From an uncultured Chloroflexia bacterium (lineage in GTDB: Bacteria; Chloroflexota; Anaerolineae; B4-G1; SLSP01), in NCBI GenBank assembly GCA_963751345.1, contig CAVVUS010000022.1:128001-192000 (forward strand): 64,000 nucleotides of DNA, written 5' to 3'. The translations under genes were made by a program, and so were the position numbers. Shown piece by piece: positions 22,063 to 33,552 of this stretch (position 1 is the stretch's first letter; each line of letters begins with the position of its first letter). Under the pieces are notes generated by a model. The model worked only from the letters and a program-made list of their open reading frames with translations. It searched no databases and was not told the DNA's origin.

Positions 22063-25000
22063 TTATGGATACGAAAAGACCACCACCACAGGGTCGTGGT
22101 CCGACACACGCTTCGGCGAAGTGTCGCCCGGCAGGGGCAGCGTGAAATCCGCGTTGGTGTGCAACACCTGCACGCCAGTCAGATGCTCATAGAGCGATGG
22201 CGTCACCAGGATGTGGTCCAGGGTCTCCGATTCGCCCTGGTAGACGTAAGTGTACGGGAGATTGGGCGCGACAAACTCATACACGTGACGCAAACCCGAG
22301 TCCCGCAACGTGTCGATGGGAGCCGAATCGTAGAAGGAGTTCAGGTCGCCCAACACAGCGACCTGCGCCGCAGGATCGCGCGCCACCAGGTGCGCGACCA
22401 GATCGGCATTCCACGCGGCCTGCGCCACGCGGCGTGGCTCGGTGGGCAGTTCACCACCTGACATGGAGAGGAAGTGGTTGTCGATCACGTACACCGTCTG
22501 GTCGCCATCCGTGAGGTGAACCGTCACCGTGATCATCAGCGGCGGACGGCTCGTGAGCCCCTCCGGCGCAGGATATTGGCCGACGCTCTCGATGGTCGCC
22601 TGATCTCCACGCACCAGGAAGCCTACGTCGATACCACGCGAGTCGAAACCCTCGATCAAGACAGGCAGATAGCCATAGTCAGCGACTAACGGCTCGGCGA
22701 CCAAATCCTCCAGGATACCGATGTTTTCGACTTCCTGCAGGCCAACGATCGTCGGGGCCCCCATCGCGTCGACCGTTGCGGCCATCTTCTCCAGATCGAG
22801 GTCGTAGGCGGCCAATGTCGGCCGTGGCGGATCCGAAGGGTGCGGGTCGAAGATGTCGAACAGGTTCTCCGCGTTGAACGTCGCGATACTGAACTCGTCC
22901 GGCCCGGCTGGCGAGAGCGTCGGCAGCGTGACCTCGTGTGTGATCACAGTTGGCGCGGCAATGGGCTCGATCTTGTAAGCCTCATAGGTGTAGGCCAGCG
23001 GACCCACCAGGTTGCCGACGAGGTCGCCCTCGTCCACAGCCAGCGGCAACGTGGTCCGGTCGGCGTGGGTCACGTTGGAGCCGTCATCGGCGAAGATGAT
23101 CATCCCCTTGGGCTCGCCCTTCCGCACCCGGTCGATGCCCCACGACGTCTTGACCAACGCCGTCTCTCCGTACTGATCTGTGGGCCCCACCACCACCGCG
23201 GGCTCGGTCACGGCGACCAACATGCCCTCAAGCGATTCGTAATAGCTCCTGGCCTCGCCCACATCTGCAGGTGGATCGAGCTCCACAGGTGTGGGTAGGT
23301 CGTGCGTATCGGTCATCACCTCGATCGCCGCGGGGTCCTCGACGTAGATCACAGTCTGGTCCGAGAGTTCGCGAACCCGACCCGAGACCTTCACGATATC
23401 CCCTGCGGACAGCAGAAGCTCCGGGTCCCCACCCATCACAAAGAGACCCTCCGACGTCAGCGGATTATCGTCAGTCACCACCGACTGGATCCAGAAGCCG
23501 CCCAGCTCCGGGAACACGCCGGTCACGATGCCCTGCGTCGTAGCCTCGCTCCGCACAAAAGGTGAATGTGAGCCGTCGCCCTGGATCGCCCAAATGGGCA
23601 CCCCCGCGCCGACGAAGGTCAGCCTCGGCTCCGCGACCACCGGCGTCGGCCACTCCGTCGCGACAGCCTCCGCGTAGGCCTCAAAGCTGCCGTCCGTGAT
23701 GCCCGCCTTGACCTTCACGGTGTAGCTAACGGTCACCGAATCCCCGCTCGGCGCAAGCTCGGGAATAGTCCAGACAAGCGTGCCGCTCGATCCACGCGCC
23801 GGATCGCCCGTGCTCGTCACCACATCGACATAATCCAGCGGGGCCTCTGCCGTGATCTCCAGGTCGGTCAGCGTCGAGGTCGTGGTGTTGTGAGCCGTCA
23901 GCGTGTAGGTTACCAGGCCCCCGGACGCCACGTCAATCGGCGCCATCGCGTCCAGCATCAACTCCGGCGGGTAGACCCGCACGAAGTCCTCGGCCAGGCG
24001 CGGTTCGATCTCCCACTGCCCATCATAGAGCTCGCTGATGCCGGTGACGCGATAGCGGTCGCCCACGTCGATGAACTCAGGGCTGAAGTTGGCCTCCTTG
24101 TCGATGTAGAGGAGGACAGTATCCCCGGCGTCGTCCAACACGTCAGCCTCGTAGCTGTAGCTGAACTCGTCCAGCCGCGTGATCGTCCCCTCCACCTGGA
24201 CCAGGCGTCCGGGCACCGACGCATCGTGCGTGGCTGCATACGCCGAGACCGAGAGAGGGTCCGGTGGGGTCGCGGCGGAGGCCAGAATCTCCACGTCATC
24301 CGGATAGGTTCCGGGCACGAGCTCGACGGAATCCCGGTAGACCTGGATCTCGCCCGTCACCCGAACGCGTTCGTCGAGGTGCACGGTGACGACGCCCTGG
24401 GCACCGGCACAATAGACCTGAACGCCGCCGGTCTCGTCTTGGAGATAGAACTTCGTCCCGGTCGACCCGGCGAAGAAACCGCCCGTATACATCGTGGCGG
24501 TCCCCTCAACCGTGACGGTCTCGCCAACCAGCCCCCGCGCCGTCGCGATGGGGATGGCGCCCCCCGCGACACTTACCGCGACGAAAGGGCCGTAGTCGCC
24601 CATCGGCCAATCCGGGGTGCTGACACTGTATCCCTTGAACTGCACCGTACCATACCGCCAGGGGCTCTGCATCGTGAGCTCAGCCTGGTTCGTTCGCGCC
24701 GGCGTGCAGTTCCGAAATGGTCCACGCCAACCCTGTCCCTGCGGCGCCCGCTTCATCATTGGCGAGGGGCGCCAGATGCTCCCCCGTGGGCTCCGACTGA
24801 GCTGAGACGCCCTCAGGGAGTGGCAGCGTGACTTTGAGGTCGGCCAAGTCCCGATCGGTATGGTTCTCAACCGTCACCTGGACGGCAAACTCGGTGCCGG
24901 GCGTCACCGTCACAGGCGCCGAGGCCGAGATCACCAACCCCTGGGCCTGCGCGGGCGTCGTGTCGGCACCGCTGTTCTGCGGCAGGGGATCCTGGCGCGC

Positions 25001-25621
25001 GACGAAGTCCAATGAGCTGTCATCCGTATCCTGGGCGTTGCCGGCCTGGCCGCCTGGCTTCCGCTCCAGGCTCACCCCACCCTCAGGCGCCGGTGCGGGC
25101 ACATCGGCGATGAAATCCGTTGGCGCGTCCCCCCATCCCAACGTGTCCACGACGGTGGCATCGGCATTGCGGAGCTGCAGCCCGCCGCGCCGCTCGAAGA
25201 GTGGGACGTCAAAAACCGCGTCGGGCGCGGCCCCTACGTCCTCCCCTTCTCTCACCAGTAGGAGATGACCGTAGCCAGGGAGGCCCGTGGGACTACCCCA
25301 AATGTGGAGTCGCTTCTCCTCCTGATCATCGGACATCCGGTACCAGAGGGACCAGCCCTTGAGGTCCACTGCCTCCGGCCCGGCGTTATACAGCTCGACG
25401 AATTCGTGATTGTTGTCACCGGGCACGCCGGGCACGAACTCGCTGATGAGCACCCCACTCGTCTTGAGAGGCGCCGGGGTCGCCGTCGGTTCTGGGGTAG
25501 GGGTACCGGCCGCCGGAGACTGGGCCGGCTCTTCCGTAGGCAGTAACGTCGTCGTACAACCACTGATAAGTCCGGAAATCAACGCCGCAATCAACACCAC
25601 GCGTCGGGACAACTGACTCAC
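22063..25621 (-). CDS. Extracellular lipoprotein nuclease (lamin-tail domain, OB folds, ExeM/NucH-type EEP domain), frameshifted at about 24.7-24.9 kb
   Basis: Lipobox ISGC after SD GGAGGA; LISE..EFVELYN; IWAIQG; YESLEGMLV; ATFNAENLFD, LQEVEN, GDLNS, LDHILV and SDHDP. Confidence 0.85.
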
Positions 25622-25784
25622 TAGCAGATCTCCTCCGTAGGGAAGTGCCCCCATTATAAGGCAAGACGGGCGGTTGGACAGAGCTCAGGAGCTTGTGCTG
25701 TCAGTCCGGTTGTCCCTAGAATAGCAGAGATACGGACGCTGGCAGATGTCCATGCAGAGACGACGGCTCGAGGAGCCAAGACAC

Positions 25785-26570
25785 ATGCATACCGTTCAAT
25801 TCGGCAAGGTGACACTCAGCAGGCTGATCCTCGGAGGAAACCCCTTCAGCGGGTTCTCGCACCAGAATCCGGATATGGACCGCGAGATGGTCAAGTGGTA
25901 CACGACGGCGCGGATCAAGGAAACGATGCACCAGGCGGAGGCGCTCGGCATCAACACCTTCCTGGGTCGCGCCGACAAGCACATCCGCCGCACGTTGCTG
26001 GAGTACTGGGACGAAGGTGGCACCCTCCAATGGTTCACCCAGACCGCGCCCGAGTTCAGCAGTCTCAGCGCCAACGTCGCGCAGGCCATCGACACGGGAG
26101 CCTCGGCCATCTACCTCCACGGCGGACAGATGGACTTTCTTTTTGCCCAGAAGCAGTTCGACACTATCGAGGCCTTTGTCCGGCAGGTGAAGGATGCCGG
26201 TCTCCCCGTGGGAGTCGCGGGGCACAATCCCGCAGTACACGCCTGGGCAAACGAGAATCTGGATCTCGACTTCCACATGTGCTCCTACTACAACCCCACG
26301 CCCCGCGATAGGAACCCTGAGCACATCCGTGGCGCCGCCGAACGCTTCGATCCCGGTGACCGCGACGCGATGGTAGCGATCATCCAGGCGCTGCGCGCAC
26401 CTGCCATCCATTACAAGATCTTCGCGGCGGGCCGCACCGATCCCAAAGAGGCCTTCGCCTTCGTCGCCCGGCATCTCCGCCCCCAGGACGCCGTCTGCAT
26501 CGGCGTCTTCCCAAAGATCAAGGCGGATATGCTGGCGGAGGATGTGAGGCTATTTGAGGAGGCCCTGTAA
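25785..26570 (+). CDS. Uncharacterised TIM-barrel (aldo/keto reductase-like) protein
   Basis: SD AGGAG; SRLILGGNPFSGFSHQ, IYLHG and YKIFAAGR; its stop overlaps the GH4 start. Confidence 0.7.
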   Translation: MHTVQFGKVTLSRLILGGNPFSGFSHQNPDMDREMVKWYTTARIKETMHQAEALGINTFLGRADKHIRRTLLEYWDEGGTLQWFTQTAPEFSSLSANVAQAIDTGASAIYLHGGQMDFLFAQKQFDTIEAFVRQVKDAGLPVGVAGHNPAVHAWANENLDLDFHMCSYYNPTPRDRNPEHIRGAAERFDPGDRDAMVAIIQALRAPAIHYKIFAAGRTDPKEAFAFVARHLRPQDAVCIGVFPKIKADMLAEDVRLFEEAL

Positions 26571-27958
26571 TGTCCCAAACCCCGATTGACATCAAGATCG
26601 CCTACATCGGCGGTGGAAGTCGCTACTGGGCACAGATGGTGATGACCGATCTCGCCTTGTGCCCACACCTGACCGGCGAGATTGCGCTCTATGACATCAA
26701 CTACGATGCGGCACTGAAAAACGTCGAGCGCGCCAAGGCGATCTATGGCCACCCGGAGGCGAGAACCACGTTTGAGGTCAACGCTTACCATACGCCGGAA
26801 CAGGTCTTCGTGGATGCGGACTTTGTCTTCCTTTCGATCCTGCCGGGACCGATGCAGATGTTTGCGAACGACATCGATATCCCCAAGGCCTACGGCATTC
26901 TACAGAGCGTGGGCGATACGACCGGACCCGGCGGCATCAGCCGGGCACTGCGCACGGTCCCGACCTACGTAGAGTATGCTCATCAGATCATGGAGCACTG
27001 CCCCAACGCCTGGGTCATCAACTACACCAACCCGATGACCCTCTGCACCGCCGCGCTCTACGCCGCGGAGCCAGAGATCAAGGCCTTCGGCTGCTGCCAC
27101 GAGGTCTTCGGGACACAGCACATGCTGGCAGAGCTGGTCCACGAGAGGATGGACGTGCCAATGCCGCGACGGCAGGAGATCAAGACTGACGTTGCCGGCG
27201 TCAACCACTTCACATTCGTCCCCAAAGCCGCGTGGCAGGGGGAGGATCTCTATCCATTGCTCTACGACCATATGCAGCAGGATGGCTTCTGGGATGATCG
27301 GACCGAGTGGTCCGCGATGGCCAAGGCCCAGGGATTGTGGTTCTCGTCACAGCACCTGATCGCCTTCGACTTCCTGCGCAACTTCGACGTCCTCGGCGCG
27401 GCAGGGGACCGCCATCTGGCGGAGTTCGTCCCCTGGTACCTGACGACCGAGGCCGACCTCAATCGCTACGGCGTCATCCTGACGCCGTCCAGCTACAGGC
27501 TGGGGACGTGGCAGCCGCCGCAGAATGCGCCGGGCGCTGCGGCAGGTGGGCGAGCGGAGGAGGATGCCAAGCTGATCTTCTCGGGAGAGGAGGGCGTCCA
27601 GCAGATGCTGGCTCTGCTGGGTATCGAGCCACTGGACACCAACGTCAACCTCCCCAACTACGGACAGATGCCCGACCTTCCACTGGGTGCCGTCGTCGAG
27701 ACCAACGCCCAATTCCGCCACAACCAACTCACGCCCGTGGTCCCCGTCCCGCTGCCCGACGGGCTGCTCAACTTGGTGCGCCATGTGGTCGACGTCCAGC
27801 AGTTGACGCTCGATGCCGCGTTGCTCAAGGACAAAGAACTCGCCTTTGAGGCATTGCTCCACGATCCACAGTGCCACATCCCCCCGGACCGGGCCCGCGC
27901 GATGTTCGACGAACTTCTCCAGGCCAACAAGGCGATGCTGCCGGGGTGGGACATTTAG
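26570..27958 (+). CDS. Glycoside hydrolase family 4, LplD-like alpha-galacturonidase
   Basis: KIAYIGGGS, QSVGDTTGPGG, NYTNPM, GCCHEV (CHEV motif), GVNHF and DRHLAEF. Confidence 0.88.
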   Translation: MSQTPIDIKIAYIGGGSRYWAQMVMTDLALCPHLTGEIALYDINYDAALKNVERAKAIYGHPEARTTFEVNAYHTPEQVFVDADFVFLSILPGPMQMFANDIDIPKAYGILQSVGDTTGPGGISRALRTVPTYVEYAHQIMEHCPNAWVINYTNPMTLCTAALYAAEPEIKAFGCCHEVFGTQHMLAELVHERMDVPMPRRQEIKTDVAGVNHFTFVPKAAWQGEDLYPLLYDHMQQDGFWDDRTEWSAMAKAQGLWFSSQHLIAFDFLRNFDVLGAAGDRHLAEFVPWYLTTEADLNRYGVILTPSSYRLGTWQPPQNAPGAAAGGRAEEDAKLIFSGEEGVQQMLALLGIEPLDTNVNLPNYGQMPDLPLGAVVETNAQFRHNQLTPVVPVPLPDGLLNLVRHVVDVQQLTLDAALLKDKELAFEALLHDPQCHIPPDRARAMFDELLQANKAMLPGWDI

Positions 27959-27973
27959 TTCGGGTATGGAGGT

Positions 27974-29017
27974 GTGGGCAGAGGAATGGATCTGACTTCA
28001 TTGGCGCAATCGCTTGACGCGTCCGTCGATGAGAAAGACTTCTCCGGCGTGATTCGACTTCGCTACGACGGCACGACCATCTACGAGCGCGCGGCGGGCT
28101 TTGCCGATCGAGCCAATCGCGTCCCGAACACCCTTGATACACGCTTTGGCATCGCGTCCGGAACAAAGTTCCTCACAGCGCTCGCCATCGGCCAACTCAT
28201 CGAAGCCGGGCGTCTCACGCTCGATACCCGGCTGGTCGACGTCCTCGACCTTGGCTTCGCCCAATACGATCCGGGGATCACGATTCAGCACCTCCTGACC
28301 CACACGTCGGGGATTCCCGATTACTACGACGAAGAGAACGTCAAAGACTTTGACGGCTTCACCGTGAGCGTGCCGTGGTCCGAGCTCAAGGGGCCGCGCG
28401 ATTACCTGGCCGTCTTCCCGGACGAGCCGATGAAGTTCGCTCCCGGCGAACGCTTTTCCTACTCAAACGGTGGCTTCATCGTGCTCGGCATTGTCATCGA
28501 GGAGCTGACCGGCTTAACTTACCAACGGTTCGTTGAAACCGAGCTTCTTGGACCCGCCGGCATGGAGCGTTCGGGGTTCTTCGCGATGAACCGCCTCCCG
28601 GAACAAACAGCGCTGGGCTACGTACAAGAGCAGGATGGCTGGCGCACGAACATCTTTGACCTCCCTATCGTTGGTGCATCGGACGGCGGCGTCTTCACCA
28701 CCCTCGATGATCTGGCAAAGCTGTGGCGTGCCTTCTGGAACGACGAGATCCTTTCGCACGCGTTGGTCACAGCCTTTACAAAACCCTTTGTCCGCGCAGA
28801 GACCGAGGGCGAACACATCTATTACGGTCACGGCACTTGGATACGTGACGACGGAAGTGGAACCCGCGAAGTGTACATCGAGGGATGTGACGCGGGAGTA
28901 TCCTTCAGGTCGGGTACGAACCGTGCCGAAGCGTTCGAGTACACCGTGATCTCGAACACGACCGGCGGCGCGTGGCCCCTCCTGAAAGTGATCGATACAG
29001 CATCACGCCTCACCTGA
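27974..29017 (+). CDS. Serine hydrolase, beta-lactamase/AmpC-like family
   Basis: FGIASGTK (SxxK), LLTHTSGIP and FSYSN. Confidence 0.9.
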   Translation: MGRGMDLTSLAQSLDASVDEKDFSGVIRLRYDGTTIYERAAGFADRANRVPNTLDTRFGIASGTKFLTALAIGQLIEAGRLTLDTRLVDVLDLGFAQYDPGITIQHLLTHTSGIPDYYDEENVKDFDGFTVSVPWSELKGPRDYLAVFPDEPMKFAPGERFSYSNGGFIVLGIVIEELTGLTYQRFVETELLGPAGMERSGFFAMNRLPEQTALGYVQEQDGWRTNIFDLPIVGASDGGVFTTLDDLAKLWRAFWNDEILSHALVTAFTKPFVRAETEGEHIYYGHGTWIRDDGSGTREVYIEGCDAGVSFRSGTNRAEAFEYTVISNTTGGAWPLLKVIDTASRLT

Positions 29018-29169
29018 TTTGCCACAGTCAGACAGCTGAAGAGAATTACGCCGTGCACTCGGGCGAATATGTGGTAGAGTCTTAGGTACTGATTGGATCC
29101 TCCGCAGGGGTTTCTGCGGACTCAGGGAAAGCGAGCTGGAAGAACATCGAAGAGGAAAGGTCTGGGTGG

Positions 29170-29770
29170 ATGAACCCGCTGCATAAGCGGCTTGACAAGT
29201 GGCGCGAATACAACCAGATATCCAAAGTCGGTCAGATCGCACGTCGCGCCTTTGCGAACAACTCGTTTGACGGCATATTGACAATGGTCGGCGTAGTGAT
29301 GGGCAACTTCGTCGTCGGCGTCGAGAACGCCCAGGTGGTCGTGGTAACGGGCCTGTCCACCGCGCTGGCCATCGGCGTCTCCGGCGGTTGGGGTGCTTAC
29401 CTCACCGAGTCGGCCGAGCGACAGCAGGAACTCGATCAGCTCGAGCAATTCACGTTGACCGAGCTGCACAACACGAAGATCGGCAGGGCGGCGCGTTCGG
29501 CGGTATGGATGGTTGCCGCCATCGACGGCCTGTCGCCCTTCCTCGCCGCCCTTCTGGTGCTGAGCCCCTTCTTCCTCGCACCGCTACTTGCCGGCGGTTA
29601 GCTACGCCTACTATGCGTCGATCGGCATGGCATTACTTGCGCTCTTCGGGCTGGGGAACTACCTGGCGAGCATCTCCAAGAGGAACATGATCGTCTCGGG
29701 CATCAAGACGGCCATTGTAGGCGTAGTCTGCATTGCACTCAGCTACCTCATGGAGCGACTCACGGGATAG
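29170..29770 (+). CDS. VIT1/CCC1 (DUF125) family membrane protein, frameshifted near 29590
   Basis: NSFDGILT and VSGGWGAYLTESAE; hydrophobic helices continue in ORF 29588-29770. Confidence 0.75.
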
Positions 29771-30743
29771 CCACGTCCTGGTAGCGAAAGTACTCGGCGA
29801 CCATTGCCGGCGCCATTCCCTCGAAAATGCTGTTGCAGGTCGCCAACATGTACCCGCCGCCGAACCCACCCTGCGCCAAACAGCGGTCCACTTCTGCGCG
29901 CACCTCTCCCAGATCGTCACCGCACAACACGCGCACATCGGCGTTGCCCACCAGCACCAGATCCCACCCAAAGGCGCGCTTGATATGCTCAAGATCCATC
30001 CCGGCGATAGGGTCGAGGCCGTGGACGCCCGCAAATCCCGCCTCGACCGCCATCGGCAGCAGCGCCTCGACGTTACCATCAGAATGCCAGATCACGGGCA
30101 CCTCCAGCGTTTCGACGATCTGCCGATGAAAGGGCAGCACCATCTCTCGCCAGAGCGCAGGTGGGATCATTGGGCCGCGAGTGCTCCCGGCGTCGTCACC
30201 AAGCACCAGTGCCTCTGCACCCAGCTCGACGGCCCGCCGGTAGACGGCAACGCACCATTCGGTGCGGGCTACCAAGATGCGTTGGATGAAGCCAGGGTCG
30301 TCCATCAAGCGTAAGAAGAAGCGCTCAAAGCCCATCGCCATATAGGCAGCTGTGAACGGGCCGATGTGCGTGCCGAAGATCAGGCAGTGGTCCGGATATG
30401 CTGCCCGGACCTGGCGCACATCATCGTTGCCGAAACGATTCACGGCATCGTCCAAAGGTGGCGAATAGCGCCGGAGGTCGTCAAGAGTCTCGACGGCACC
30501 GCCAACATAGGTGCCATCCCGCCAGATCCTCCCCCACTCGTCCACGCCCGTGCCCCAGGCGTTGCTCCCCGGCAGCGACCGCGAGGGCATCATCACGCAG
30601 TCCTGGCCCGCGGCGGCGTACACGCCCACGGGGTCCGCGCAGCCGAGCGCCTCGTAGCAGGCGTCAATCCAGATCTCGAACCGCGGCACCTGATCGGACA
30701 CCTCGTGGTGCAGCGCGGCGAGGACTCGCTCCCTTGGCGTCAT
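29760..30743 (-). CDS. Uroporphyrinogen decarboxylase/MtaA-CmuA superfamily protein
   Basis: MTPRERVLAAL, DEWG, LGDDAG, WHSDGN, LVGNAD and GGYMLATCNS. Confidence 0.85.
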   Translation of the reverse strand: MTPRERVLAALHHEVSDQVPRFEIWIDACYEALGCADPVGVYAAAGQDCVMMPSRSLPGSNAWGTGVDEWGRIWRDGTYVGGAVETLDDLRRYSPPLDDAVNRFGNDDVRQVRAAYPDHCLIFGTHIGPFTAAYMAMGFERFFLRLMDDPGFIQRILVARTEWCVAVYRRAVELGAEALVLGDDAGSTRGPMIPPALWREMVLPFHRQIVETLEVPVIWHSDGNVEALLPMAVEAGFAGVHGLDPIAGMDLEHIKRAFGWDLVLVGNADVRVLCGDDLGEVRAEVDRCLAQGGFGGGYMLATCNSIFEGMAPAMVAEYFRYQDVAIP

Positions 30744-31243
30744 TCCATTCGATCCGTCAATTCCAAGCGGCTGCAGAGCTCCGCGACGACTTGGTCCGCC
30801 GTCTTCCCTTCCGTGTTGACGTAAGTGCCGTACTCCACCTGCGACACCATGAAATGTACCGCGGCGGCCGCGGCCGGTCCGTACGACAACTCACGTCCGC
30901 GGTCCCGGGTCACGCATGTATCCAGCGAGGCCGTCAGCGTGAAGACGGCGGCCCCTTCCGGCAGTCGGGAGACCAAATCCTCTAGCTGACCGAGATGGTA
31001 GAAGTTGCCGTCGAATACGGCCGCGCCTCCGGCATCAAGCGCCGCCCGGGCCTTAGCTAAGGCGATCGAGTTGCCCTCCAGGAAGTTCTTCAACGGAATA
31101 CACGGTTCGTCCGTCTGATCCAGCCCGTGGTCATCCAACACCTTGTCGATCGAGACGTAGGGCCCCTGCAGGCGCTCGGCCAGCTTTCTCGCGACGGTCG
31201 TCTTGCCCACGCCAAGGGGACCCCGAACAATCACAGAGCGCAT
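30740..31243 (-). CDS. P-loop AAA/nucleoside-kinase-like protein
   Basis: VIVRGPLGVGKTT Walker A and LTASLDTCVTRDRGR lid; ATG follows SD GGGGAGG. Confidence 0.8.
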   Translation of the reverse strand: MRSVIVRGPLGVGKTTVARKLAERLQGPYVSIDKVLDDHGLDQTDEPCIPLKNFLEGNSIALAKARAALDAGGAAVFDGNFYHLGQLEDLVSRLPEGAAVFTLTASLDTCVTRDRGRELSYGPAAAAAVHFMVSQVEYGTYVNTEGKTADQVVAELCSRLELTDRME

Positions 31244-31245
31244 CG

Positions 31246-32364
31246 TCAGCCCTCCCCATTCCCCGAGACAAGGCATCCTTCCGCCTGATACCGGCAGAAC
31301 AGATGTCCCCACTCGCTCTCCTGCCGCCAACGCTTCGCAATCGCGCGATACTTCAGCGGCCAATAGAGGTAATCCTGCTCGATCTCGGCGATCAACGTGG
31401 GCACGATCACCAGCGGCGTGTGCAGCACCAGCTTTTGGAGGGCCTTCGTCGGACCGTACCACGCGAGCCAAGCGAGGAAACTATGGCTGTTGTGACCCAC
31501 CCTGAATCCCCAACTCTCGCCGGAGACATCATCGCCCACGATCTCGATCTCAGCGGGATCGCCTACCCCGAGTCCCTGCTCGTGCGCCAGACGGATATAC
31601 CCGATGCTCAGCGGATCGAAGCCCATCAGCTTCGCGGCGACCGCATCAATCGCGACCTGATCCGCCGAGGCAAGGATCACGTTCTTGGTCAGGGGCCTGA
31701 TCATGCGCGGGCCGGCGCCATCGCCCGCCGTGGTACCATCCATCACGGCGACGATGCCGGGATGGATCTCCTTCTGAATGGCGAGCAAGTCCACCAGCGT
31801 CTGGTGAATCCACGAGTGAGTGTAGTGGCGGTATTTGCTCAACAGGCCGCCAAACGCGTTCTTCATCGCCCCCGTGGTCGTCGTGTACATATGCGTCTTG
31901 ACGGTCGGAAGATGGACGATGTTCTTGCCGATGAAAAAGTCCGGGATGCGGATGCCCTCTGGGTAGATGTGATCCAGCGCCAGCATCTTCGCCTTGGGCT
32001 CGTAGGGCACCCACGTCATATCCCGATCGCGGAAATTGTAGCGCACCGGGATCCCGTGCCTCTTGAAGATCGGCATATAGCCGTTGAGATCCTCTCCCTT
32101 GAAGGCGTTGGTCACCACCGTCTGGTTCTGAACGCAGACCAGGTCGTCGAAGCCTGCCGCTTTCAACGCGAGGATCGTGCCCTCCAGTTGCCACGGCGTG
32201 GTGTTAGCGCCCGGCATAGGATAGTGCCACGTGATGTTGTCTTTGAGGATGGTCGTCGTGCCCGGCTGGAGCGCCTGGGCCACTCCGGCCAGGTCAAACA
32301 ACCGTCGATAGTCCTCAAGGACCGTTTCGGGTCGAGTATGAAGCACGGCTACGGTCGCCTGCAT
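31246..32364 (-). CDS. DUF362 domain protein
   Basis: LKDNITW, HLPTVKTH, TGAMKNAFG and DQVAIDA. Confidence 0.8.
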   Translation of the reverse strand: MQATVAVLHTRPETVLEDYRRLFDLAGVAQALQPGTTTILKDNITWHYPMPGANTTPWQLEGTILALKAAGFDDLVCVQNQTVVTNAFKGEDLNGYMPIFKRHGIPVRYNFRDRDMTWVPYEPKAKMLALDHIYPEGIRIPDFFIGKNIVHLPTVKTHMYTTTTGAMKNAFGGLLSKYRHYTHSWIHQTLVDLLAIQKEIHPGIVAVMDGTTAGDGAGPRMIRPLTKNVILASADQVAIDAVAAKLMGFDPLSIGYIRLAHEQGLGVGDPAEIEIVGDDVSGESWGFRVGHNSHSFLAWLAWYGPTKALQKLVLHTPLVIVPTLIAEIEQDYLYWPLKYRAIAKRWRQESEWGHLFCRYQAEGCLVSGNGEG

Positions 32365-32384
32365 AGGTCTTGCTCATCCTCGAT

Positions 32385-33329
32385 TCAATCTTGAACTTGG
32401 GCTCCGACGCCCATCCGAACGAAGCTCTCACCATAGGCCTCCTCGAAACATCTGTAGGGCCAGGTCACCGGTGCAGTGACTTGGTGCCACCCTCTGGACA
32501 CCCATCCCCCGAAGATCGTCCACAATGCCGGCGATCTGGGCAGCGCTCGCGTCCCCCAGGTGGAACCCGCCAAGGACGAAGGTGACGTCGGTCCCCGCTA
32601 TCCGTTCGGCCCCGCGAACCATCGTGACAATCCCCGGATGCGCGCATCCCGTCAAGACGGCCAGACCGGACGACGTCTCGGACCATCAGAGCTTGCTCCT
32701 TCGGGTTACTGCCGAGTTCGCCGGTCAGCATCGCTCCCTGGCAAACCGCTGTTGGCTCAGACACTTCCACCAGCTCTGCCCCAGCGCCACTTACGGTGGT
32801 ACGAATCTGCTGTGGGAATGACGCCGGCACGTAGACCCTAACGTCACCATTCTCCGCCAAGAAACCGGTTAGCCCGCCCGTGTGGTCCGTGTGAACGTGA
32901 GAGAGCACGACAACGTCGACGGCCTGCAGGATCGATCTCCAGCGTCCGCATGTTCCTCAACAGCAGGGCCCCGTCGCCACCGGTATCGAAGAGGATCGTC
33001 TCTTCGGTGCCCTCCACGAGGCATGCGAACCCCCACGCCGTTCCAAGCCGCGCATCATACGGTCGATTGTCATACAGGACGGTAAATGTCACCATGCGGC
33101 TGGGCACCTCCACGGTCGCTGTCGGCTGTTGGGTCAGGGTCGGAGGGATCTCAGGGCGTGTCGCGGTAGGGAGAGGCGTTGCCTCAAGGATCGGCGTTGC
33201 GACAGCCATAGCGGTGCGCGCGACCGATCGTGTCGCCGTGGGAGGCGCCGTCTTGACCCGCTCCACCTGGGGAGCGATAGGGCTGGACTGGGGTGAACAT
33301 CCAGCGACCACCAGAAACCCCATAGCCAC
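32385..33329 (-). CDS. Metallo-beta-lactamase-fold lipoprotein (DHPS-like MBL subgroup), several frameshifts, start uncertain
   Basis: Lipobox VAGC, TVLYDN, WGFACL, LFDTG, LSHVHTDHTGG, TGCAHPG, GGFHL and PSHCTG over four ORFs. Confidence 0.8.
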
Positions 33330-33552
33330 GATGAGTCGAACTGCACCTCGTGCCGTACTCCCCCCTCTCGCCGCAGAAAACGACGCCGCCCAGCGAGCAC
33401 CTCCCTCACACTGCCACCATCATACCGACAGATGACGTAGTCGCAAGGTCTGACAGCGCCGACATGGTTTCATAAGGGTCTGCGGTCGGGTAAAGAGGGA
33501 CCAGTTGGGGTGCCAGTTGGATCTGTTGACGCACGTCGGATACGCTTCCCGT

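Noticed and set aside
29760-30743. hemE assignment
   Set aside because: It lacks the N-terminal MRQAGR motif of true HemE and has no heme-pathway context.
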